A stretch of DNA of 64,000 nt from a bacterium (GTDB taxonomy: Bacteria > RUG730). Shown piece by piece: positions 50,487-60,609 of this stretch (position 1 is its first letter; the number at the start of each line of letters is the position of its first letter). The stretch covers positions 1-64,000 of the forward strand of contig JAVBNQ010000003.1 in the NCBI GenBank assembly GCA_031551405.1. The letters run 5' to 3'. The notes beneath the pieces were generated by a model. That model worked only from the letters and a program-made list of their open reading frames with translations, had not been told where the DNA came from and searched no databases. The position numbers were made by a program, and so were the translations under genes.

Positions 50487-51491
50487 TTAATTTTTAAAAT
50501 TTTTGAGATACCAGTCAATTGTTCTCGCTAACCCAGTCTCAAAATCAAATTTTTGTTTCCAACCAAGATTTTTTATTTTATCGCAGTTAATTGCGTATCT
50601 TCTGTCGTGCCCGGGACGATCTTGCACGAAATTTATCAAGTTTTTGTAAACATCCAAATTTTTCCCCTCAATCTTTGCAATTTTCTCGCACAGAAAATTC
50701 ACCAAATCCAAATTAGTCCATTCGTTTTCTCCGCCGATATTATATTTTTCGCCAACAGTTCCTTTTTCTAAAATCATCCAAACTCCGCTCGAATGATCGT
50801 CGACATAAACCCAATCACGAACATTTTTTCCGTCGCCATAAACAGGCAATTTTTCTTTTTTTAAAATATTCGTTATCATAAGCGGGATTAATTTTTCGAC
50901 GTGTTGAAACTGTCCATAATTGTTCGAACAATTTGAAATCGTGGCCGGCAAATTGTACGTTTTGACGAACGCGTTGACAAAATGATCCGAGCTTGCTTTT
51001 GACGCAGAGTATGGGCTGTTTGGATTATAAGCCGTTGTTTCAAAAAAATATCCACTCGCGCCCAGGCTTCCGTAAACTTCATCCGTCGAGATATGATGAA
51101 AGAGAACATTGTCGCGATTTTTCCAATATTTTGCTGCGATTTTAAGTAAAGTGTATGTTCCGACGACATTGCTTATGACGAAATCTTCAGGATTTTGAAT
51201 GGATCTGTCGACGTGAGTTTCAGCCGCAAAATTCACAATCGTGTCGATATTGTATTTTTGCAAAATATTTTCAACTTTCGTTTCGTCGCAAATATTCCCC
51301 AGTTCAAAGAAATAATTTTTTGAAAATTTTTGCTCGATGTCTAATAAATTTTTTTTATTTGCAGCATATGTTAATTTGTCGAGATTTACGATTTTTCCGG
51401 TAAAATTTTTGTTTTCAAACGTAAACCGTATAAAATTCGAGCCAATAAAACCCGAACCACCGGTCACCAAAATATTTTTTAATAATCTCAT
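50487..51491 (-). CDS. rfbB: dTDP-glucose 4,6-dehydratase
   Basis: VTGGSGFIGSNF, DKLTYA, FAAETHVDRSI, STDEVYG, YSASK, DRPGHDRRY. Confidence 0.96.
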   Translation of the reverse strand: MRLLKNILVTGGSGFIGSNFIRFTFENKNFTGKIVNLDKLTYAANKKNLLDIEQKFSKNYFFELGNICDETKVENILQKYNIDTIVNFAAETHVDRSIQNPEDFVISNVVGTYTLLKIAAKYWKNRDNVLFHHISTDEVYGSLGASGYFFETTAYNPNSPYSASKASSDHFVNAFVKTYNLPATISNCSNNYGQFQHVEKLIPLMITNILKKEKLPVYGDGKNVRDWVYVDDHSSGVWMILEKGTVGEKYNIGGENEWTNLDLVNFLCEKIAKIEGKNLDVYKNLINFVQDRPGHDRRYAINCDKIKNLGWKQKFDFETGLARTIDWYLKNFKN

Positions 51492-51524
51492 TTTTGCCCT
51501 CGATAATTTGTTGAAAAAAATTTT

Positions 51525-53537
51525 TTAATTTTTATTTGCTTCAAATTCATTTTCACTTAAAATTTTTATATTTAATTTTAAAGCTTTTTCATATTTTGAG
51601 CCCGGCTCTTTTCCGAGAATCAAAAAATCAGTTTTTTTAGATACAGAATTGGATACATTTCCACCGTTTTCCTCGATAATTTTAATAATCTCATTCCTCG
51701 AATATTTTTCGAAAGTTCCGGTGATCACAAAATTTTTGTTTAAGAAAAATGTATTTTCAAGAACATTTCTAATTGGCAACATATTAATTTCAAAGCCGCG
51801 AATCGTCTCAATTATATTGGGATAGGTTTCCAAAAAAGTTTTTATGCTTTTTGCGGTCACCTCGCCAATTTCACGTATGTTCTCAAGTTTTTCAATATCA
51901 GCATTCAAAATTTCTTCCAAACTTTTAAAATGCCTCGATAAAACAAGGCTTGCTTTTTCTCCAACATTCCGAATTCCAATCCCATAAATCAAATTTTTCA
52001 AGTCGCAAGATTTGCTTTTTTCGATTTGTTCTAAAATAGATTTTGACTTTTTTTCTTTCACGAGCTCGAGGCTTTCCAAATCTTTACTTTGCAATCTGTA
52101 AATATCAAAAATGTTTTTCATTAATTTTTTCTCGATAAGTTGAGCGATAATTTTTCTGCCTAAACCTTCGATATTCATTGCTTTTTTTGAGGCGAAAAGT
52201 TCTAATGCGCCTTGCAGCTGAGCTTTGCAACCAAGGACATTGACGCAGCGCAACGCAACTTCTCCCTCGAGTTTAACGATTTTTTGGCCGCAAACAGGGC
52301 AAACTTCCGGAATAATTGGGGAGATTTCATTGCCTGTGCGATCCTCCGGAATCACTTTAACGATTTTTGGAATAACTTCGCCGCCACGCTCGAGCAGAAT
52401 TGTATCATTTATTTTTACACCGAGACGCCTCAGTTCATCAAAATTATGTAACGTCGCTCGTCTGATCACGACGCCGCTAAGTTCAAGCGGCTTCAAATTC
52501 GCAACAGGAGTCAAAACGCCTGTTCTTCCGACTTGAATTTTTATGTCCAAAACTTTTGTTGTAGCTTGTTTAGCAGGGAATTTATACGCTAGCGCCCATC
52601 TTGGGAATTTCATTGTCTCGCCCAAAATTTCTTGCTGCGAAAAAGAATCGATTTTTATGACCATCCCGTCTATAAGATAATCAAGCTCATCGCGTTTTTT
52701 TTCCCAAGTGGAAATTTCATCGATCAAATTCTCAATTTTATCGAAAATTTTTGTGTACGGATTGACAGGCAATCCGACTTTCTGGAGAAATTGCCAAAAT
52801 TCCAATTGCGTAGTTATGTTAGTCGCGAATTTTCCATCGACAAACCCGAGAGCATATAAAAAAATTTTCAGATTTCTTTGCCTCGTAATTTCCGGATCCA
52901 AAAGTTTGAGGGAGCCTGCCGCAGCATTTCTCGGATTTGCGAATAAAACCTCGCCAGCTTCAGCGCGCTGTCTGTTAAGCGTTTTGAATCCCGAATTTTC
53001 CATGTAAACCTCGCCTCGAACTTCAAAAATTTTTGGCAACTTTGAAGCGTCGAGCTTGTGAGGCAAACCTTGGATAACTTTTATATTTTGCGTGATATCT
53101 TCTCCGATTAAACCGTCTCCTCTAGTCAAACCAAGAGTTAAATCTCCGTTTTCATAAAGAAGACTAATCCCAAGTCCGTCTATTTTTGGCTCGAGGATGT
53201 ACTTAAAATTATTGTTTTTTAGCCCTTTTATGATTCGCGAATTCCAGTCGTAAATTTCGGATTGTTTATATGCATTGCGAAGAGAGATCATAGGGATTTT
53301 GTGAGGAAAAGTTTTGCGGTTTGAAGAAATTGTTTCGCCAATTTTTTTTGTAGGCGAATCATCTGAAACTAGTTCCGGATATTTTTCCTCGAGGACTTCA
53401 AGTTCTTTTAAAAGTTTATCATACTCGTAATCGGATATCAAAGGATTGGCCAAATCGTAATAATAACGATTATATTTTTCGATAAGCTCTCTCAACTCTT
53501 TGAGACGCGCAAAATCAAAAAGATTAGCGCTTTTCAT
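51525..53537 (-). CDS. ligA: NAD-dependent DNA ligase
   Basis: EPKIDG, TRGDG..GEDIT, FANPRNAAAGS, AYKFPA, VGRTG, C-terminal BRCT domain. Confidence 0.97.
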   Translation of the reverse strand: MKSANLFDFARLKELRELIEKYNRYYYDLANPLISDYEYDKLLKELEVLEEKYPELVSDDSPTKKIGETISSNRKTFPHKIPMISLRNAYKQSEIYDWNSRIIKGLKNNNFKYILEPKIDGLGISLLYENGDLTLGLTRGDGLIGEDITQNIKVIQGLPHKLDASKLPKIFEVRGEVYMENSGFKTLNRQRAEAGEVLFANPRNAAAGSLKLLDPEITRQRNLKIFLYALGFVDGKFATNITTQLEFWQFLQKVGLPVNPYTKIFDKIENLIDEISTWEKKRDELDYLIDGMVIKIDSFSQQEILGETMKFPRWALAYKFPAKQATTKVLDIKIQVGRTGVLTPVANLKPLELSGVVIRRATLHNFDELRRLGVKINDTILLERGGEVIPKIVKVIPEDRTGNEISPIIPEVCPVCGQKIVKLEGEVALRCVNVLGCKAQLQGALELFASKKAMNIEGLGRKIIAQLIEKKLMKNIFDIYRLQSKDLESLELVKEKKSKSILEQIEKSKSCDLKNLIYGIGIRNVGEKASLVLSRHFKSLEEILNADIEKLENIREIGEVTAKSIKTFLETYPNIIETIRGFEINMLPIRNVLENTFFLNKNFVITGTFEKYSRNEIIKIIEENGGNVSNSVSKKTDFLILGKEPGSKYEKALKLNIKILSENEFEANKN

Positions 53538-53949
53538 AAGCTCCTCGTTTCTCTTTTAATCTGTCGAGGACGCCATTGACGAATTTTCCTGAGTCCGGCG
53601 TACTAAAATCTTTTGCAAGCTCAACAGCCTCGTCTATCACGACTTTAATCGGCACAGTATTAACAAAAAAAAGTTCATACGCAGCAATCCTCAAAATCGC
53701 TTTATCGACGTAGGCAATTCTTTCAAAATCCCAGTTATCGAGCGCATTTTTGATGGCTTCGTCTATAATTTCTAAATTCCCGCAAGTACCATTCACAAGA
53801 TCATACAAAAAATCTTGAATACTCGAAATATCCCTCGTGTCATTTTGCAGCAAAAACGATTCCCACGCATCTTCTTTTGAAAAATCGCAATTGTCGATAG
53901 TGTAAAGAATTTGCATTGCAATTTCTCGAGCATCTCTACGACTAGCCAT
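53524..53949 (-). CDS. nusB: Transcription antitermination factor NusB
   Basis: RRDARE.AMQ.LY, DKAILR...YE, VVIDEAVELAK, FVNGVLD. Confidence 0.96.
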   Translation of the reverse strand: MASRRDAREIAMQILYTIDNCDFSKEDAWESFLLQNDTRDISSIQDFLYDLVNGTCGNLEIIDEAIKNALDNWDFERIAYVDKAILRIAAYELFFVNTVPIKVVIDEAVELAKDFSTPDSGKFVNGVLDRLKEKRGAYEKR

Positions 53950-53970
53950 AAAAACCTCTCGCTTTTAACT

Positions 53971-54861
53971 TTAAAAATTCGAAAACTTAATTCGCGCTTT
54001 ATTGAATTTATCAATATTTGCCTTGACTGTGCTCGCCAAGTATTTTGAGCCGGCTTTTCCAAATATCACCAATTTTTTTGTATTCAAAGCCTTCTCACTA
54101 GCAGATTCTAATTTATTTGTGATATCGATAAGATTGTCAAACTCGTCGATTATAAAAATATTTTCTTTGTCAAAATATTTTGTTTTTCCAGAAAATAAAT
54201 TTTTATTATCAGCAAAATCTAAGATTACTAGGTCTTTTTTGCTTAAATTTTGGATTAAACTTGCGTTTTTATCGTCGCTAGAGGTTAAGTAAAAACCTAC
54301 TAGTTTATCTGATATCGCCTCGATAGTCTTTTTAAGAATTTGCAAAGCCTCGAGCTTTAAAATATAAAAATATCCAAATCTATATTTCCGTAAAACAGTA
54401 TTTAAATAATCGATTGTTCTCCTGTCGTCGTCGATAATAAAATGGATCGGAATATCTAGTTCTGCGTAATTTTTTAATTCTTCTCTCGTTGAATTAATTG
54501 CATCTACGACGAAAAAAACGTTTGCATTTTCAATTTCATTTTCAAGGTTTATCCAAAGTTTTATTCCCATTTTCCCTTCGAGCAAAATTTTATCTTGAAT
54601 TATTGTAGCAGAATATTTCAACTTAAACGTTTCATTAAGCAGAGCTTCAAAATTTGCAAGTCTCGTATTTGCAAAAAGGCAAACGGAAACTTCGTTAGCG
54701 CTTAGTTTTTCGACGATACGTTCTACTCCGAGCGATTTTACAAACTCTATAAATTCGTTGAGCATAATATCATTTTCACGTTTTTTGAATTTGAGTATGT
54801 AAAAATAAAATGAAACAAATATGAAAATCAATATGAGTAAACCTATAATTTTTACAATCAT
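53971..54861 (-). CDS. Membrane-anchored hypothetical protein, possible degenerate divergent polysaccharide deacetylase (YibQ-like)
   Basis: N-terminal TM; FVVDA...LDIPIHFII and IFIID...ITNKL..A...A......IFGK resemble the family pattern. Confidence 0.5.
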   Translation of the reverse strand: MIVKIIGLLILIFIFVSFYFYILKFKKRENDIMLNEFIEFVKSLGVERIVEKLSANEVSVCLFANTRLANFEALLNETFKLKYSATIIQDKILLEGKMGIKLWINLENEIENANVFFVVDAINSTREELKNYAELDIPIHFIIDDDRRTIDYLNTVLRKYRFGYFYILKLEALQILKKTIEAISDKLVGFYLTSSDDKNASLIQNLSKKDLVILDFADNKNLFSGKTKYFDKENIFIIDEFDNLIDITNKLESASEKALNTKKLVIFGKAGSKYLASTVKANIDKFNKARIKFSNF

Positions 54862-54882
54862 AAATTTTTCTCCTAAAATTTT

Positions 54883-55842
54883 TTAATAAAGCCAGTCAGG
54901 CTCCATGTCTTTCGAATAGCCTATTTCATCGTTTACAAAAAAAGATTTTGTAATTCTTTTTTCGTTTTCAATCATACTCTCACCCAATTTCGTAATCATT
55001 ATTTGTGAACCTGTTTTGTTAATACGTTTTGAGTAATACAAATATTGCCCGTCTCTTGATAAATTTATGTTGTCAAAATCTAGTCTTCCAAAATTTTCGA
55101 TTACATCTAAAGTCCCTGTTTCTATGTCTAGTCTTATCAGGCTGCCGAGTTTTCTTGTGTAATCATCGATGTCGTTATCGTAAAACGCTATTAATAACAA
55201 TTTTTTTTCACCCGTTATCCAACCGATAGGATTTCCATTTTGGAATATTCGCGCTAAATTTTTTGTAGTTAGGTCAAAAAGATATAGTGATAAATCAGAA
55301 GATTCAAGATATGAACCGGCAGAAAAAGCTAGAACTTTATTATTATTGTCCAGATGTAAATTTTTAATGTTAAATAAAGCGTTTTGTTTTTCAAATTTTA
55401 ATAAAACTTCTTGCTCATTAGTATCTAAATTGTATTTAATTAGCTCAAAATCAAAGAAATATCCTCGCAAAACGCGAACAGGAATGATCAAAAAAGTTGC
55501 ATCTGTTGCCCAAGCAAGAGGCAAAATTTGACAATTATTTGCGTCATAAACTCTAATAGTTTTTGTGATTTTTTTGTTTTTTATGTCGTATAAAAAAATT
55601 TTGTTAGATCTAATGCATGAAATAATTTTGCCTTTTGGCGACCATTTTGGGAATGAGCCGATGTTCGTTACAAAAGTTGCTATTCCTTTTTTGTAAAGAT
55701 AAATTCCTTCTTGCAATCTTATCGCGTCGAATACAAAGTTTTCTTTTAAATTGGATCTTTGCTTGATTCCAAGTTCGATTACCAGAAAAAACATAAATAA
55801 AAAAATAGTCGCAAAATATATATTTTTTCGACTTATTTGCAA
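54883..55842 (-). CDS. TolB/WD40-like beta-propeller exported protein
   Basis: N-terminal TM or signal; PKWSPKG, LAWATDA, LSRDGQYLYY and terminal EPDW blade motifs. Confidence 0.6.
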   Translation of the reverse strand: MQISRKNIYFATIFLFMFFLVIELGIKQRSNLKENFVFDAIRLQEGIYLYKKGIATFVTNIGSFPKWSPKGKIISCIRSNKIFLYDIKNKKITKTIRVYDANNCQILPLAWATDATFLIIPVRVLRGYFFDFELIKYNLDTNEQEVLLKFEKQNALFNIKNLHLDNNNKVLAFSAGSYLESSDLSLYLFDLTTKNLARIFQNGNPIGWITGEKKLLLIAFYDNDIDDYTRKLGSLIRLDIETGTLDVIENFGRLDFDNINLSRDGQYLYYSKRINKTGSQIMITKLGESMIENEKRITKSFFVNDEIGYSKDMEPDWLY

Positions 55843-55844
55843 TT

Positions 55845-56483
55845 TTAAACTCCGGATTCTTTTTTACAAGTATCACACAAATGTTGTTGAGTTTTTTTTA
55901 TGAAAAGTAGTGGAAAAATCATATCGCTAAACGAGCATGGGATCATTACTCCTAGGAATAGAAATAAAAAAATCGAAATATAAAATACAATTCCAAAATT
56001 AAGGATTTTATTCGCCATTAACATATGAAAAAGCGATGCAAAACTGCTTACAAAGATGTGAAACAAATGGGAAATTTTAGTTTTCGGTTTAAAAAAACCA
56101 AGTAAAATTCCTAAAACTGCAGCAAGATTGACCAGGATAGTTTCTTCGAGAAAGCCAAAATGAATCTCTTTAAGCGGCATTTTTAAAATAGATTCGCTCA
56201 AATACGGTATAAAACTGTCGCTTACAGAAGAAATAATTATCGATCCAAGGTAGCTGATGAAAAAAACTTTGATCCAATTGACTTTTTTTGGATTATAGCG
56301 AGTGTAAAAAGATGTTGTCGCAAATGCACTCAGAAAAATGTGTAGCGGATGTAAGGTGTAAAAAAAGCCGTAAGTATTCAAATTTTCTATTTTTGAAAGA
56401 GGAAAAATAAAAATTGTTGCTAAAACAACACCTAAAAAAGTATATGGCAAATGTTCTTTCAAAACTTGAAGAATTTTATTCAT
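55845..56483 (-). CDS. Conserved-looking integral membrane protein with His motifs
   Basis: About 6 TM segments; HLPYT, HPLHIFLSA, SDSFIPY, HIFVSSFASL, PCSFSDMIFP. Confidence 0.7.
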   Translation of the reverse strand: MNKILQVLKEHLPYTFLGVVLATIFIFPLSKIENLNTYGFFYTLHPLHIFLSAFATTSFYTRYNPKKVNWIKVFFISYLGSIIISSVSDSFIPYLSESILKMPLKEIHFGFLEETILVNLAAVLGILLGFFKPKTKISHLFHIFVSSFASLFHMLMANKILNFGIVFYISIFLFLFLGVMIPCSFSDMIFPLLFIKKTQQHLCDTCKKESGV

Positions 56484-56579
56484 TTTTCCCTCCCAAGCAA
56501 ACTTGGAATTTTATTGATAAATTTTGAAAATTTTGCGAGATTGATTAAGACTTTTTACACAAAAGTTTCAATACTTTTT

Positions 56580-57299
56580 CTATTCATTTGGAAGTGAATC
56601 AGCAAATTCTTCCAAAAGTTTTTCTTTTAATTTTTCTAATTCATTTTTTTTATCGGAAAAAACATCTTTTTCATGCGAAATATTTTTGAGCTTTTCTTCG
56701 AGCATAGAAAATTCTTTAATGAAGAAATTTACTGCGTCCGCTACTGGATCCGGGATTTTCCCGTGCTCGAGAAGAGAAGTTGGTTTTTCTGTTTTTATGA
56801 CTTTGCCAGGGATTCCTACGACGGTTGAATTGTCAGGGACATTTGATACCACGACTGAGCTCGAGCCAATTCTCACATTGTCGCCTATAGTGATGTTTCC
56901 CAACACTGACGCATTTGTTCCGATTACGACATTTTTACCGATCGTAGGGTGCCTTTTTGTTTTTTCGAGCGTAGTTCCGCCGAGCACTACGCCTTTGTAA
57001 ATGAGACAATCATCGCCAATTTCAGTCGTCTCTCCTATGACAATTCCCATGCCGTGGTCGATAAAAACTCTTCTACCGATTTTTGCACCGGGATGTATCT
57101 CAATTCCAGTCAAGAATCTGTTCAAATGTGAAATAAGTCTTGCAGTCAAAAATTCTCGTTTTTTATAAAAAAAATGAGCGATTCTATGCATCCAAATAGC
57201 GTGCAAGCCAGGATAGCAAAAAATCGCTTCAAGAGTATTTTTTACAGCCGGATCTTTTTCAAAAATAGTTTTTATGTCTTCGTGGATGTTTTTTAACAT
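56580..57299 (-). CDS. cysE: Serine O-acetyltransferase
   Basis: [37 protein letters not shown]. Confidence 0.96.
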   Translation of the reverse strand: MLKNIHEDIKTIFEKDPAVKNTLEAIFCYPGLHAIWMHRIAHFFYKKREFLTARLISHLNRFLTGIEIHPGAKIGRRVFIDHGMGIVIGETTEIGDDCLIYKGVVLGGTTLEKTKRHPTIGKNVVIGTNASVLGNITIGDNVRIGSSSVVVSNVPDNSTVVGIPGKVIKTEKPTSLLEHGKIPDPVADAVNFFIKEFSMLEEKLKNISHEKDVFSDKKNELEKLKEKLLEEFADSLPNE

Positions 57300-57310
57300 T
57301 TTTTGTTTTT

Positions 57311-58501
57311 TTATGGCAACAATGGCGACATTTTTCTCAGTCTCGAGATAATTGGCGGCAGAACTTCGATAGCATAATTAATTTCTTCCTCCGTGTTTTC
57401 CTTCCCGAGGCTAAATCTGATTGAGCCTTGAGCACAAACTATGTCGACGTTCATAGCTTTCAAAACGTGCGACGGATCAAGAGATCCGGAGGTGCAAGCC
57501 GAACCACTAGAGACAGCGACGCCTTTTGAATTCAAGAGTAAAATTATGCCTTCGCCTTCTATGAATTTAAAACTTAAATTGAGAGTGTTTATAAGGGAAT
57601 TTCCCAAGTCGCCATTTAGAACGACGTCCTCTATTGTTGAAGTGATTCCTTTATATAATCTTAGCTTCAACTTTTTTAGATGTTCGTTATATTTTTCCAT
57701 GTTTTTAGTGATAATTTCTGCAGCCTCGCCAAATCCGACAATCCCGGCTACATTTTCAGTACCGGCTCTTTTGTAATTTTCCTGGTAGCCTCCATGCATA
57801 AACTGTGTAAGTTTTGTACCTTTTTTTATGTAGGCTGCTCCAATTCCTTTTGGTCCATAAATTTTATGTCCGGAAAATGCCATGGCATCTATATTTAATT
57901 CAGCTGCGTCAAGTTTTGTTTTCCCCAAGGCTTGAACTGCGTCGCTATGAAAATAAATTTTGGGTAGGTTTTTTGTTTTTCTAGCTTCATTTTCGGATGC
58001 CAAAAATTTTCCGATTTCAGCAATAGGCTCGATGGTACCGACTTCGTTATTTGCAAACATTATTGAGATCAAAATAGTCGTATTTTTTATGGAATTTTTC
58101 AAAGCATTTATATCAATTAAACCTTTTGCATCAACAGGTAAATATGTTATTTCAAAGCCTTGTTTTTCGAGAAATTTGCAGGTGTCTAAAACTGCGTGAT
58201 GCTCAAGGCTCGAGGTGATAATATGATTGCCAAGATTTTTATTAGCGTATGCAATGCCTTTTATGACCCAATTATCCGACTCAGTTCCGCCGGATGTAAA
58301 AAAAATTTCATTAAAATTCGCGTTAATAGAAGTCGCAATTTTTTGCCGAGCTTCTTCTACTGCAGTTCTAGCTTCTTGTCCAAAATAATGCAAACTCGAT
58401 GCATTTCCAAATTTCGTCGTAAGATATGGCATCATTTTTTCTAGGACGGCGCTGTCTAGAGGTGTTGTAGCGTTATGATCCAAATAGATTCGTTTTTGCA
58501 T
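57311..58501 (-). CDS. nifS: Cysteine desulfurase (NifS/IscS)
   Basis: [41 protein letters not shown]; start at MQKRIY (58501) with GAGG RBS. Confidence 0.94.
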   Translation of the reverse strand: MQKRIYLDHNATTPLDSAVLEKMMPYLTTKFGNASSLHYFGQEARTAVEEARQKIATSINANFNEIFFTSGGTESDNWVIKGIAYANKNLGNHIITSSLEHHAVLDTCKFLEKQGFEITYLPVDAKGLIDINALKNSIKNTTILISIMFANNEVGTIEPIAEIGKFLASENEARKTKNLPKIYFHSDAVQALGKTKLDAAELNIDAMAFSGHKIYGPKGIGAAYIKKGTKLTQFMHGGYQENYKRAGTENVAGIVGFGEAAEIITKNMEKYNEHLKKLKLRLYKGITSTIEDVVLNGDLGNSLINTLNLSFKFIEGEGIILLLNSKGVAVSSGSACTSGSLDPSHVLKAMNVDIVCAQGSIRFSLGKENTEEEINYAIEVLPPIISRLRKMSPLLP

Positions 58502-58512
58502 ATTTGCCTCAA

Positions 58513-58740
58513 TTATTCTGCTTCGACGAATGTAACCTCTGGCACTTCTTCTTTTATAATTCGTTCGACACTGTGCTTTAACGTAATTGCAGACATAGGA
58601 CATCCGACGCAGCTTCCTTGCAATCTCACAACAATTTTGCCTGTTTTTTCATCGACGCTTATTAATTCGATATCTCCGCCATCAGCTTGGAGACTAGGTT
58701 TGACTCGTGATAAAGCTTTCATGACTTTTTCTTTTAACAT
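58513..58740 (-). CDS. NifU C-terminal (Nfu) domain protein
   Basis: VKPSLQADGGDIEL, LQGSCVGCPMS..TLK. Confidence 0.92.
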   Translation of the reverse strand: MLKEKVMKALSRVKPSLQADGGDIELISVDEKTGKIVVRLQGSCVGCPMSAITLKHSVERIIKEEVPEVTFVEAE

Positions 58741-58958
58741 TTTTCACTCCATATTTTTTTGACTTGATTTTTAAAGGAGTTTATTTTATTCTTTCTTTCG
58801 ACTAAAGTCAAATTTAAATTTTGACAATATAAAAATTTGTTTTTTAGATAGAAAAGAATTATTTTTAAGTTAATAAAAAATTTATTATTTTGTCTTCAAT
58901 TTTTTTAGATAAGAAATTTACATTTTTATTTTGCCTTTAGATTCTAAAGAATTTTTAT

Positions 58959-58987
58959 TTGACAAAATAAAATGATTTTACTAATAT
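58959..58987 (+). promoter_or_regulatory. Candidate sigma70 promoter
   Basis: TTGACA (58959-58964), 17-nt spacer, TAATAT (58982-58987); AT-rich background lowers specificity. Confidence 0.45.
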
Positions 58988-58996
58988 AGCAAAATT

Positions 58997-59305
58997 ATGA
59001 ATCCAATAATTTTGACGTGTATATGCGTTTTTACAGCTTGTATCTCGATATTAATTATATATTTTGTAGTAGTATTGGTAGAGCTACGTGGAATTTTAAA
59101 AGATCTACATTTTATTACTCACGAACTTAGCGATAGAATTTACAAAATTAATAAAACTATAGACCTAGCCTCGGACTTAGTTGAAAAAATTTTTGTGAGT
59201 TTTAAAGACTTCAGAGAGAAAAACGGAAAATTATTCCTTATTTTTTCTTGTCTTTTTGATATTTTTAATATTGTTAAGAGGAAAAATGTCGGAGCAAAAG
59301 ACTAG
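58997..59305 (+). CDS. Small membrane protein, DUF948/YoxC-like
   Basis: N-terminal TM then coiled coil; immediately upstream of a YtxH-like gene. Confidence 0.55.
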   Translation: MNPIILTCICVFTACISILIIYFVVVLVELRGILKDLHFITHELSDRIYKINKTIDLASDLVEKIFVSFKDFREKNGKLFLIFSCLFDIFNIVKRKNVGAKD

Positions 59306-59507
59306 TTCACTTTTCGTTTTTATTTTTGGTGTTTTTTTAGGTTTATTAATAGCGCTTTTATTTTTTACCAAAGAGGGAAAAGATATAAAAAAGCATTTAA
59401 GTGAAATTTTGAAAAAACTTAAAGATAAAGGACTTGAAAAAATAAAAGAAACTTCGGAATTCTACGAAGAAAATAAAGACTTTATAATTAAATCTGATGA
59501 AAATTAA
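59286..59507 (+). CDS. YtxH-like protein
   Basis: FIFGVFLGLLIALLF.TKEGKDIKK pattern. Confidence 0.65.
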   Translation: MSEQKTSSLFVFIFGVFLGLLIALLFFTKEGKDIKKHLSEILKKLKDKGLEKIKETSEFYEENKDFIIKSDEN

Positions 59508-59513
59508 CGTGTT

Positions 59514-59586
59514 GCCGAGATAGCTCAGTCGGTAGAGCGAAGGTCTGAAAAACCTTGCGTCCCCAGTTCGATTCTGGGTCTCGGCA
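59514..59586 (+). tRNA. trnF: tRNA-Phe(GAA)
   Basis: Acceptor GCCGAGA/TCTCGGC, anticodon arm AAGGT-CTGAAAA-ACCTT, T loop GTTCGATTC; no encoded CCA. Confidence 0.96.
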
Positions 59587-59627
59587 TTTTTACAAAGCAA
59601 TTGCAGAAAAATAGAGAGGAATTTCAA

Positions 59628-60071
59628 ATGAGAAAAACATATTTTGCTACCCCAAAGGATGCGGAAAAAAATTGGTACTTGATTGACGCGGAAGATTTGG
59701 TCTTAGGAAGACTTTCTACTCGTATAGCAAATGTTTTACGAGGTAAACATAAACCAGTTTTCACTCCTAGCGTAGACATGGGAGATAACGTAATTGTAAT
59801 TAATGCTGACAAAATCAAATTGACCGGGAAAAAATTGGTGCAGAAAACAGCTTTTCATTATACCGGATATCCAGGTGGGTCAAAATTCACGCGATATGAT
59901 GTTTTGATGAAAAATCACCCGGAAAAAGCAGTTTATCTGGCAGTAAAAGGTATGCTCCCAAAGAATAAATTGAGGGAAGTTTTTATAAAAAAGCTACATG
60001 TTTACAAGGGACCTGAACATCCTCATGCAGCGCAAAAACCGGAAATTTTAGACATAATCAATATGAAATAA
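59628..60071 (+). CDS. rplM: 50S ribosomal protein L13
   Basis: WYLIDA...[45 protein letters not shown]. Confidence 0.98.
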   Translation: MRKTYFATPKDAEKNWYLIDAEDLVLGRLSTRIANVLRGKHKPVFTPSVDMGDNVIVINADKIKLTGKKLVQKTAFHYTGYPGGSKFTRYDVLMKNHPEKAVYLAVKGMLPKNKLREVFIKKLHVYKGPEHPHAAQKPEILDIINMK

Positions 60072-60081
60072 GAGGGAAAAA

Positions 60082-60477
60082 ATGAAACAAAGTTTTTATT
60101 GGGGTTTAGGAAGAAGAAAAACTTCAGTAGCGAGAGTAAAACTTGCGCCTGGAAAAGGAAAAATATCAATCAATCAAGTTGATGGCGAGGTTTTTTTTAA
60201 CGGATTGCCTAGGCAAATAGAAGAAATGAACGCTCCTTTTTTTGCGACTAAAACGACGGGAAAATATGATATAAAAGTAAACGTTCAGGGTGGAGGAATC
60301 ACAGGGCAAGCAGGAGCCATAAAATTAGGGATTGCGCGAGCATTATCAAAAATCGACGAAGCTAACAAAGTAATTTTAAGGAAGCTTGGAATGCTGACTC
60401 GCGATTCTCGAATGGTCGAAAGAAAAAAACCAGGACAACCAAAAGCAAGAAAAAGTTTTCAATTTTCAAAAAGATAA
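60082..60477 (+). CDS. rpsI: 30S ribosomal protein S9
   Basis: [37 protein letters not shown]. Confidence 0.98.
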   Translation: MKQSFYWGLGRRKTSVARVKLAPGKGKISINQVDGEVFFNGLPRQIEEMNAPFFATKTTGKYDIKVNVQGGGITGQAGAIKLGIARALSKIDEANKVILRKLGMLTRDSRMVERKKPGQPKARKSFQFSKR

Positions 60478-60530
60478 TTTTTTCATTTTGGATTTTATAT
60501 CGATTAATTTATGTAATTTAAAAACCAAAC

Positions 60531-60569
60531 AAAAAAGTAGTGTAGTTTTAAGCTAGACTACTTTTTTTT
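60531..60569 (+). terminator. Intrinsic terminator after rpsI
   Basis: AAAAAAGTAGTGTAG...CTAGACTACTTTTTTTT hairpin with T tract. Confidence 0.75.
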
Positions 60570-60609
60570 ATTTAAACCTGAAAAAATTTTAAGAAAAAGG
60601 TTAATTTGT

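Noticed and set aside
58502..58603. N-terminal extension of nifS given in the ORF track
   Set aside because: Overlaps the Nfu gene; homology and RBS indicate a start at 58501.
59397..59627. 76-aa minus-strand ORF
   Set aside because: Antisense to tRNA-Phe and the YtxH-like gene.
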